Positions 50,424 to 64,000 of a stretch of 64,000 nucleotides of DNA are shown piece after piece. The stretch comes from an uncultured bacterium. Lineage in GTDB: Bacteria; Fidelibacterota; Marinisomatia; Marinisomatales; Marinisomataceae. The stretch lies in contig CALSYL010000001.1 in the NCBI GenBank assembly GCA_943841495.1, forward strand, positions 126,645 through 190,644. Direction: 5' to 3'. The notes under the pieces were generated by a model. The model was not told where the DNA came from. It saw only the letters and a program-made list of their open reading frames with translations, and did not search any database. Numbering within the stretch: the first letter of the stretch is position 1; the number at the start of each line of letters is the position of its first letter. The position numbers and the translations under genes are program-made.

Positions 50424-52211
50424 TCAATTAGCATTATAAATTTTTCTATTAGAAAATCTTATAATTTTTGGAGAAGTATTAGAATTGGATGAGGAAAAAT
50501 TAAAGCTCCTAGTTATACCGTCAAAATTAGTATTTGTATTAAAAATAAATTGATCATTTTTAAAACTATTATTTAATAAATAATTTGAAAAATCAAACCC
50601 AAAATGAAATGCATTATTTAAAGAACTATTGTAATCATATTCATTTCTTTTAACATATTTTGGCAAATAATTTGTTACAAAAATCATATCAGAGATATGA
50701 GGAGAAATGCTTTCTTCTTTTAATAAATCAAGGTCTAACCAATTTTCATTTCCCATTAATTGTGCATCAAGATTTGATAAAGATACTTGTGATGCTACAA
50801 ACTCTAATGAGCTATCATTTATTGGATAAAATATACCATCTATAGTCTCTAATACTACTTTAGTTGAATCGATTGAGTCTTCTTCTTCAATATTAAACAT
50901 ATCATAAACTTCGTTATTGTCTACATCAAACATTGAATCTAAAACGTCTATATCAACACCCAAGAATTCTTGATATTCATTTTTTGTTTCAATATCCCAA
51001 GCAATATTTCTTAATTCCTTAAAATTTGGACGTAAATCAATTACATTATTCTCTTCATACCAACCTATATAGACAGGTTCTTTGTTTAGCTTGTCCATAG
51101 CTAAAAGAAATGAATCTACCTCTTTAATACCCAAATCTGTTCTTGGAGCAATAATAGCTATATTATTCAATTCTGAATCACTTAATACATGATTAGCTAA
51201 TAATTGATTTTTGAAATCAATAGATGACTTAAGTTGATAAATATTTTTATTTATTTTTGATAAATCTGATAAATTACTAAACGGAGAAAAGATTGGAACA
51301 TTGGTGTTAGAAACCGAGCTAGAGCCAGCTATAAGATTTTCATCAGAAAAAGGTCCAACAATGGCACTTACATTATGCTTGGATACCAGATCCTTAAATG
51401 CCTCAACAGTTAAAATTGGATTACTATAATTATCTATAACAATAAATTGAACTTTTTCTCTTTGTTCAGATATTTGATTTGCTTCAAAAAGACCTTCCAA
51501 AAAAGCGTTTGAAATTTCTGAATTTTCACCTGAAAGTGGAAGAACTACTCCGACCTTCCTTGAGAAGGTTGTTTTTGAATCTATATTTCTATTTAAAAAA
51601 TTGTAATTACCTCTAAACTCTCGATCTAGCATGCTTAAATTTATTTTATTAAATGTTTCGCTAATATTTGCTAATCCATCAAAAGCTAAAGTAAAAGACT
51701 GTGCTAATAAGATAATATTTTTATTGCTTTCACTTTCCTCAGTTACTAAATATAATTCTAGTAAATCATAATCTAAATTAAGCGGTATTAATTTAGCTAC
51801 CCTTCTATTGATTGTCTTTTTTGACTTAGAATCAATATTATCTCTTTTAGCATCGAGATAACTTTTAAATGCAAAATCATAGTACCCTTTTACAGAATAA
51901 ATATCTCCAATAGTTAAATAAAATGATGTTCTTAAATTTGCAGGCAAACTAAGTGGATTAATTTCTTTTGCTTTATTAAGCGCTAAATCTAATTCGTTAA
52001 GATTATACAGAGCTTTGACTTTAATTACTTCTGCATGATTTGAATAGCTAGTATTTAAAATTTCACTGTCATTAATTTTCTTGATAACGGCATTATTTCT
52101 TTGTCTATTTAGATCATCAATGAGTGACTCAATAAATTTTTCGTTAGCTTCATCGTCAAAAGATTGAGCAAAAAGAGTGCTTATTAATGTTATATATAGT
52201 AACAATTTCAT
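50424..52211 (-). CDS. Exported protein with helical/TPR N-domain and periplasmic-binding-protein type-1 C-domain (LpoA/LppC-like; probable start 52211)
   Basis: Signal peptide, KVGVVLPLSG, AIVGP; next to pgeF, uppP and glmS. Confidence 0.65.
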   Translation of the reverse strand: MKLLLYITLISTLFAQSFDDEANEKFIESLIDDLNRQRNNAVIKKINDSEILNTSYSNHAEVIKVKALYNLNELDLALNKAKEINPLSLPANLRTSFYLTIGDIYSVKGYYDFAFKSYLDAKRDNIDSKSKKTINRRVAKLIPLNLDYDLLELYLVTEESESNKNIILLAQSFTLAFDGLANISETFNKINLSMLDREFRGNYNFLNRNIDSKTTFSRKVGVVLPLSGENSEISNAFLEGLFEANQISEQREKVQFIVIDNYSNPILTVEAFKDLVSKHNVSAIVGPFSDENLIAGSSSVSNTNVPIFSPFSNLSDLSKINKNIYQLKSSIDFKNQLLANHVLSDSELNNIAIIAPRTDLGIKEVDSFLLAMDKLNKEPVYIGWYEENNVIDLRPNFKELRNIAWDIETKNEYQEFLGVDIDVLDSMFDVDNNEVYDMFNIEEEDSIDSTKVVLETIDGIFYPINDSSLEFVASQVSLSNLDAQLMGNENWLDLDLLKEESISPHISDMIFVTNYLPKYVKRNEYDYNSSLNNAFHFGFDFSNYLLNNSFKNDQFIFNTNTNFDGITRSFNFSSSNSNTSPKIIRFSNRKIYNAN

Positions 52212-52279
52212 TACAATTGAAATATAAGGTATTTTAATCAGTTTTGAATACATTTACATGCATGCTATTTACTCAAAAA

Positions 52280-54126
52280 TTACTCTACGGTCACAGACTT
52301 TGCCAAATTTCGAGGTTGGTCCACATTGAGTTTTTTACTAACTGCAATATAGTATGCAAACAACTGGAGAACTATTGTTGCCATAACAACAAACATATAA
52401 TGATTTGTTCTAGGAATAACGATTAAATCATTTGCGAGATTTTTCAATATCTTATCCTTAGAATCTGTAATAATTATGATTTTCCCTTTTCTGGATTTTA
52501 TCTCTTCAATATTAGATATTATTTTCTCATAAGTTTTATCTTTTGGCACAATAAACACATTAGGCATATCTTTATCTACTAAAGCAATTGGTCCATGTTT
52601 CATCTCTGCTGCTGGATAGCCTTCTGCGTGTATATAAGATATCTCTTTTAATTTTAAAGCACCTTCAAGAGCAACAGGGAAATTTAACCCTCTGCCTAAA
52701 TACAAGAAATCAGATGCTTTTTTATATTTTATAGCAATCTTTTTAATATCCAACTCTTTCTTTAAAACTGATTTCATTTTTTTGATAGAACCGTCGTAGT
52801 CTAGATGTGCTTTAATAGAGTTTTTGCTCATCTTATCTTTGGAATCAGCTAATTTAAGAGCAAGTAAATACAGAATAGTTATTTGCGCTGTGAATGCTTT
52901 GGTTGAAGCAACTCCTACCTCGTGACCGCACCTTGTAAATACGCCGCAATTTGTTTCTCTAGAAACAGAACTACCTGGGACATTGCATATTCCAAGAGTT
53001 ATTGCACCAGCATCGTTAGCTTTTTGAATAGCTGCAAGCGTATCAGCAGTTTCACCAGATTGTGAAATAGCAATTACTACACTATTATTATCGATTAGAG
53101 TCTTTATTATATCTAAATTCAGATGCATACTCTACATGTACTGGCACTTCTGCAAATCTTTCGATTAAATTTTTTCCAATTAATCCAGCATGCCATGAGG
53201 TTCCACACGCTGTAATAAAAATTTTATCAGCCTGTTTAATTTGTGGCCAATATTCACTTAAGCCTTGTAAAAGAATGCTATTCTTCTTTGTTCTACCATT
53301 GATTGTATTTGATATTGTATCAATCTGTTCATGGATTTCTTTATGCATAAAAAATTCAAATTTTCCTTTATCATAATCATCAATTTTAATATCAATTTTT
53401 TCAATTTTTTTAGGCAAACTTATATCCTTATCAATTGAGGTAATTTTGTAATCAGTGCCATCAATAATCGCCATTTGGGAATCTTCAAGATAGATAATAT
53501 TTTGAGTATGCTTGATTATTGGTGAAATATCACTTCCAATAAAAAATTCTTTGTCTTTAACTCCAAGCACTAAGGGACTTCCTTTTCTGGCTGCAATCAT
53601 CATATCAGGGGATTGTTTATTTATAACAACAATTCCAAATGCCCCATCTACGCGCTGAAGAGCTGCTCTTACAGACTGTTCAAAAGTCATTTTTCCATTC
53701 TTTAAAGAAATATCCAACCAACTGAACTAAAACCTCAGTATCGGTTTCGGACTTAAATTTAATTTTTTTTGATTTTAAAAACTTTTTGATAGGTGCATAA
53801 TTTTCAATAATACCATTGTGTACTATTGCAATATCTCCTGATTGATCTCTATGCGGATGAGCATTAATTTGGTTAGGTTTTCCATGAGTAGCCCATCTTG
53901 TATGAGCAATTCCTACACCTCTGCAATCTTTGATAATACCGCTTGCATGCAAACCTTCTTCTAGTTGCTTTACTTTTCCACTTCTTTTAGTGATACTTAC
54001 CTTGCCATTTTTATTTAAACAAGCTATGCCTGCAGAATCATATCCTCTATATTCTAGACGATGAAGTCCGTCTAATAAAATTGGATAACAGTTTTTATGT
54101 CCTTTATATGCTACTATACCACACAT
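52280..54126 (-). CDS. glmS: Glutamine--fructose-6-phosphate aminotransferase, split by two +1 frameshifts (about 53704 and 53104)
   Basis: MCGIV start at 54126, RLEYRGYDSAG, HTRWATHG, HNGIIEN, ACGTSWHAG, SQSGETAD, LKLKEISY, PRNLAKSVTVE. Confidence 0.95.
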
Positions 54127-54149
54127 GTTGAAATATACATTGAATTCAA

Positions 54150-54628
54150 TTAAAATTTTGGTGTTAATTTGAGCATCATTTTTACATTCCCTCTTTCGTA
54201 CTTCTGTAGAATCTAATACTACTTCTTTAAAGCCATATTTATCATAAAGGTTCCTAGCTATAACAAGCGAATCATTAGAAATAAGAAATATTTGCACAGC
54301 TTTTTGCTCAATAGCAAATTCAATACATCTATCCATTAATAAATTGGCCACTCCTTTTCCCCTAAAGTTTTTCTTAACTGTCATTTTAGCAAGTTCATAA
54401 ATCTTATCTGAACTTTTAATCATAGCAACTGTACCAATCACTTCATTTGAACTCAAGGCAAAAAATACTTCTCCATCCATTTATAACAATTTTTTCAGGA
54501 TTGAGTAGATCGTTTTTATCTGAATCTTCTAATACCCAAGATTCTTCTATCCATACTTTATTCAGTTGATAAAATTGGTTGGAATACTGACTTTGAAAGC
54601 CAATTACAGATAGATTGCTTATTCCCAT
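54150..54628 (-). CDS. GNAT-family N-acetyltransferase, split by two +1 frameshifts (about 54477 and 54207)
   Basis: F..LN..WIEE, YELAKMTV...FRGKG, LYDKYGF; corrected C-terminus KYERGNVKMMLKLTPKF* ends at 54150. Confidence 0.8.
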
Positions 54629-56165
54629 TCTATAGTTGCTGGGGGCTTACCAGTGCAATCATACACTACTCTGCTTATTGAAGATAATTCATTTACAATC
54701 CTATTAGATACTTTGCCAATAAATTCATAAGGCAAGTGTGCCCATGTGGCAGTCATAAAATCTACTGTTTCTACAGCCCTTAAAGCTAGCACATCTTCAT
54801 ACCTTCTCTCGTCTCCTACAACACCAACAGATTTTACAGGAAGGTATACAACAAAAGCCTGGCTAAGACTATCATATAAATTATGTTTCTTTAATTCGTC
54901 AATGAAAATTTTGTCAGCTTTTTGCAATATACCTATTCTAGTTTCATTTATATCTCCCATAATTCTAATTCCAAGACCTGGACCTGGAAAAGGATGTCTA
55001 GAAAGAATATGGCTTGGTGTATTTAATGCAGCTCCAATTTTTTTAACCTCATCTTTAAAAAGCTCTCTAATAGGTTCTAATAATTTCAAATTCATTCTAT
55101 CGGGAAGTCCGCCAACATTGTGATGAGACTTAATAACACTAGAATTATGATTATCTGAAGATGATTCAATAACATCAGGATAAATAGTTCCTTGAGCTAA
55201 CCATTTAATATCTTGAATCTTCTTTGCTTCACTTTCAAACACATCTATAAAAGTATTTCCGATTATTTTTCTCTTTTTTTCTGGATCAATTATCCCAAAA
55301 AGATTTGATAAAAATAATTCTGAAGCATCTACAAGTCTAATATCTATATTTAAAGCTTCAAAAGTAGACATAACCTCTTCCACCTCTCCAAGCCTTAAAA
55401 GACCATGATCAACAAAAATACAAATTAAATTTTTATTAATTGCTTTATGCAGCAACATTGCTACTACAGAAGAATCGACTCCTCCAGATAATCCCAATAA
55501 AACTTTCTCATCTTTAACCTGTGATTTTACGTTTGAAACCATCGATTCGACAATATCTGAAGTAGACCAGTTTTTTGAACAACCACATATTTTGAAAATA
55601 AAATTAGATAGTATTTTTTCACCTTGATTTGTATGGGTTACCTCTGGATGAAATTGAAGACCGTAAATATTTTGATTGATATTTTGAAAACCTGCAATAG
55701 TACAATTTGATGATGAAGCAATTATTTCAAAATCTTTGGGAAGAGTGGTAACCTTATCTCCATGACTCATCCACACATCAAGCATATCTTCATTTAAATC
55801 AACTCCATCGAATAATACTGATTTATTTGATAAAGATATTGAAGCATGTCCAAATTCTCTTATATCAGATGTGGAAACCTTTCCGCCAAGCTCTTTGGCT
55901 GATGTTTGCATTCCATAACAAACTCCTAAAATTGGAATACCTGAATTAAGCAAACCTAAATTAACTTTCTGAGCAGTATTGCTTGTGACTGTTTCAGGTC
56001 CTCCAGATAAAATAATACCTAACGGATTCATTTCAATAATTATCTTGCAGATAAAGAAGAAGAAACAACTTCAGAATAAACACCAATTTCCCTTACTCTA
56101 CGAGCAATTAATTGAGTGTATTGTGAACCAAAATCTATAATTATAATTTTATCTTTATTTTTCAT
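54619..56165 (-). CDS. guaA: GMP synthase (glutamine-hydrolysing), one frameshift near 56045
   Basis: True start [26 protein letters not shown] at 56165 (ATGA overlap with accD); [36 protein letters not shown]. Confidence 0.96.
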
Positions 56166-56983
56166 TGAAGCACATCCAGTACATCTGATATTTTTTTCTT
56201 TAAATTTTTGCGATCAACTACAAAATCAATAAATCCTTTTTCTTTTAAAAATTCAGATGTTTGAAAATGATCAGGCAAATCCTGATTAGTAGTTTGTTTA
56301 ATAACGCGTTGACCTGCAAAACCAATTAAAGCTTTGGGTTCTGCAATAGTTATATCTGCTTGCATTCCAAAGCTTGCTGTAACACCTCCAGTAGTTGGAT
56401 AAGTTAAAATTGATATATACAAACCGCCATTCTGAGAAAATTTTGCTAGATGTGTGCTAATTTTAGATAATTGCATTAAAGAAAGTGCTCCTTCTTGCAT
56501 GCGCGCTCCACCAGATTGGCATAGAATAATTAAAGGATAGTTTTTTTCGCTAGCAAAGTTGATAGCTTTTGATATTTTCTCTCCAACTGCACTCCCCATG
56601 CTTCCACCAATAAATTTAAAATCCATGATACAAAGCACTATATTTCTATCATTAACCTTTCCATAAAAGCAATCAACAGCCTCTTTATTTTTAGGAACTT
56701 TTTTTAAAATATCTTCATAAGACTTATTTGCTTTAAATGCGAGCATGTCAATAGAAGATATATTTGAAAATAATACTTCGGCTTCACCGTCTAGAATGAT
56801 TTCTTGATATTTTTTACTTGAAATAGGAAAATGAAAATTACAGTGATGACAAATAGAAAAAGATGCTTCTAATTCAGGATTATAAAGAATTTCTTCGCAG
56901 GAACATTTTCTCCACAAATCGCTAGGGAGATCTTTTTTAGTATTTTGTTCAATATTTTGTTTTTTTCGAGTAAACCAGTTCAT
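56162..56983 (-). CDS. accD: Acetyl-CoA carboxylase carboxyltransferase beta subunit
   Basis: [47 protein letters not shown]. Confidence 0.96.
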   Translation of the reverse strand: MNWFTRKKQNIEQNTKKDLPSDLWRKCSCEEILYNPELEASFSICHHCNFHFPISSKKYQEIILDGEAEVLFSNISSIDMLAFKANKSYEDILKKVPKNKEAVDCFYGKVNDRNIVLCIMDFKFIGGSMGSAVGEKISKAINFASEKNYPLIILCQSGGARMQEGALSLMQLSKISTHLAKFSQNGGLYISILTYPTTGGVTASFGMQADITIAEPKALIGFAGQRVIKQTTNQDLPDHFQTSEFLKEKGFIDFVVDRKNLKKKISDVLDVLQ

Positions 56984-56984
56984 C

Positions 56985-57620
56985 TTATTTTACTTCAAAG
57001 TTACCAACATAATTTGGAACTAAGTTGTCTAAAGATTTTGTTTTTAACAACTGATAATTACTATCAGCAATTTCAATTAGATTTTCAACTTTTAGATTTA
57101 TAAGCTCAATATCTAAGTTTTTTAATTTGAATTCATTGAAATAATTTTCTGGACCATTATAAATAATTTTTCTTTTCAATTTTAATACTTCATCAATTAG
57201 GATTGTTCTACTGCTTTGAATTGCATTTTAAAAAATTATCTTCAACGCTATAATCGGATAAATAAAATGTTTTTCCATGTGAATAAATCAAAACGTAAGC
57301 GCTAGCGCCTTTAAAATTATACACTAAAGAATCAAAAGTTGATATAGGTATTATTGGAATATCTAAAGACATTGCTAATCCTTTTGCATAACTCATTCCA
57401 ATTCTTAGACTGGTAAATGATCCAGGCCCAGATGATATGCATATAGCATCTACATCTGTACGCTTTAAAGAATTTTCTTTTAGAATTTGATTAACTAGCA
57501 AAGGTAAGGCATTAGCAGTATCATTTATCTTTGTTGATGAAAGTTTTAGATATTTTATCACTCTACAAACAATCCTATCGTAAGTTTTTTTGAGGATGAT
57601 TCTATTGCTAGTAAATTCAT
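56985..57620 (-). CDS. tsaB: t6A biosynthesis protein TsaB, with at least two frameshifts
   Basis: MNLLAIESS start at 57620, SGPGSFTSLRIGMSYAKGLA, C-terminal LVPNY in a third frame. Confidence 0.88.
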
Positions 57621-58046
57621 TTTATAATATCAATTGATCTTTTATTTTGTCAATAAGTGTAAATTTTATTTCTATTTTATTATCAATATCAAAGGTATCT
57701 AACAGTTCTGGCCATTCGATTATACATAATCCAGATTTACTTGAAAGATATTCTATTCCTCCAATTTCAAGAAATTCAGATATAGATTTTAATCGATATA
57801 AATCAAAATGATATATAAAATTAGTAGAAGTTGAATATTCATTCAAAATTGGATATGTAGGTGATTGTACTTCATTGGTAAAACCTAATCCTGCTGCAAG
57901 TCCCTTGGTAAAAGTTGTTTTCCCTGATCCCAAATCTCCTGTCATAAAAATTACAGTTCCAAATTCAATTTCTTTGAAAAGTTCTTTGCAAACTGAATTG
58001 TATCTTCAGGACTATTTGATGTATATGATGTGGTGTTTTTTTGCAT
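57617..58046 (-). CDS. tsaE: t6A biosynthesis ATPase TsaE, with one or two frameshifts
   Basis: Start MQKNTTSYTSNSPEDT at 58046; GDLGSGKTTF, VQSPTY, YHFDLYR, IIEW. Confidence 0.92.
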
Positions 58047-58080
58047 ATGGAATAATATACAAATATAAGAAAAAAATAAA

Positions 58081-58199
<119 letters not shown>

Positions 58200-58206
58200 A
58201 GCTTTA

Positions 58207-61395
<3,189 letters not shown>

Positions 61396-61426
61396 AATTG
61401 TCAAATATCTAAAATTTAAAATCTTG

Positions 61427-61499
61427 TGGAGCTGACAGGGATCGAACCTGCGACCTATTCCGTGCAAGGGAATTGCTCTCCCAGCTGAGCTACAGCCCC
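61427..61499 (-). tRNA. tRNA-Ala(TGC), CCA not encoded
   Basis: GGGGCTGTAGCTCAG...TTGCAC...GTTCGATCC...CTCCA; G3:U70 identity pair. Confidence 0.97.
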
Positions 61500-61507
61500 A
61501 AATTAAA

Positions 61508-61584
61508 TGGTGGGCCTACGTGGACTCGAACCACGGACCTCATCCTTATCAGAGATGCGCTCTAACCAGCTGAGCTATAAGCCC
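61508..61584 (-). tRNA. tRNA-Ile(GAT), CCA encoded
   Basis: GGGCTTATAGCTCAG...CTGATAA...GTTCGAGTCC...GCCCACCA. Confidence 0.97.
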
Positions 61585-61604
61585 CATATATAAACTCTAA
61601 AAAG

Positions 61605-63315
<1,711 letters not shown>

Positions 63316-63366
63316 ATAAATTTTCAAATAACTTTCTTTGTGTTTTTTTCGACACAAAAGCCCGGT

Positions 63367-63395
63367 AAATTATAACGCTTTATATGAATTACCAA
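63367..63395 (-). promoter_or_regulatory. rRNA operon promoter (TTGGTA-N17-TAATTT, GC-rich discriminator ACCGGGC, AT-rich UP region)
   Basis: Position upstream of the 16S leader; discriminator typical of stringently controlled promoters. Confidence 0.65.
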
Positions 63396-63428
63396 CTAAA
63401 ATAATAAAAAAAGATTATTTTATTTTTC

Positions 63429-64000
63429 TTAGAGTAAAATACCGGCTATCGTTGCGGTCAACCAAGATGCAATTGCTCCACCAAACATCGCTTTAGTTAC
63501 CAGCTTTGCAAGGTCTTTTTTTCTATCAGGTGCCATTGCTCCAATTCCGCCTAATTGAATACCTATAGAAGCAAAGTTGGAGAAACCGCATAAAGCATAA
63601 GTAGAAATGATAGCACTTCTTTGAGATATTGCTCCTTCTCGAATTAGAACTTGTAAATCTCCATACGCTACCAACTCCGTTAAAACAATTTTCTTTCCCA
63701 TCAGCATTCCAACAAGTTGTGCTTCATTCCATGGAACTCCCATAGTCCAAGCTAAAGGACGAAAAATTATCCCAAAAATTTCTTCCATAGATGTGCCAGC
63801 AAATGATAAAAAATAATTGACCATGGCTACAAAGGAAATAAACGCAATTAGCATTGCAGCAATATTCGCAGCTAACTTCAATCCATCTGTCGCACCATTG
63901 CTTAAAGCTTCCATAGCATTAATATTAGTTTGTTCAATATTGATATTGAGGTCACCCATTGTTTTTGACTCTTGAGTTTCAGGATAAATTATTTTTGCAA
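63429..64000 (-). CDS. Concentrative nucleoside transporter (NupC/CNT family), C-terminal part (5' end outside window)
   Basis: AKIIYPET, DGLKLA.NI.AMLIAF, K...TE.VAY, TYALCGFSNFASIGIQLGG. Confidence 0.93.
   Translation of the reverse strand, partial: AKIIYPETQESKTMGDLNINIEQTNINAMEALSNGATDGLKLAANIAAMLIAFISFVAMVNYFLSFAGTSMEEIFGIIFRPLAWTMGVPWNEAQLVGMLMGKKIVLTELVAYGDLQVLIREGAISQRSAIISTYALCGFSNFASIGIQLGGIGAMAPDRKKDLAKLVTKAMFGGAIASWLTATIAGILL

Noticed and set aside
53680-54480. Apparent GNAT-GlmS glutaminase fusion ORF
   Set aside because: It arises from a +1 indel near 54207. The alternative frame gives a normal GNAT end (YERGNVKM..L*), and GlmS needs a free N-terminal Cys from its own ATG at 54126.

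Overview
Low-GC (about 30% by eye, not computed), very gene-dense bacterial chromosome segment. It most likely comes from a marine Marinimicrobia (SAR406/Marinisomatota, FCB superphylum) lineage: the 16S contains the SAR406-97 probe target as I recall it, and ileS-dksA-lspA synteny is FCB-like. The window is almost all core genome. It holds gatB, rpmB, dusB, pruA, sucCD, ndk, rpmF-fabD-fabG-acpP-fabF, greA, pckA, xerC, rluD, lspA, dksA-like, ileS, degP, dsbD, pyrEF, hflX, fmt, def, yajC, a GT2/GT4/GT2/Wzx/YfhO glycosylation cluster, an ECF sigma/anti-sigma pair, holA, uppP, glmS, guaA, accD, tsaB, tsaE, five secondary transporters and one complete rRNA operon (16S-tRNA-Ile-tRNA-Ala-23S-5S, minus strand). 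I found no mobile element, prophage, CRISPR array or defence island. The most notable items are: (i) a eukaryote-type (Sec53/PMM2-like) HAD phosphomannomutase in an operon with an archaeal-type PGI/PMI and an IdsA-type prenyl synthase; (ii) a type-2 IleRS with GVHH/EMHKS in place of HIGH/KMSKS; (iii) a recurring TTGnnn-N17-TAnnTT promoter with many apparently leaderless genes, including a symmetric bidirectional -10 in a 21-bp gap; (iv) a DksA-like protein with a rearranged Cys finger; (v) a gammaproteobacteria-like guaA. A cluster of single-base indels in essential genes at 53-58 kb is probably sequencing error.
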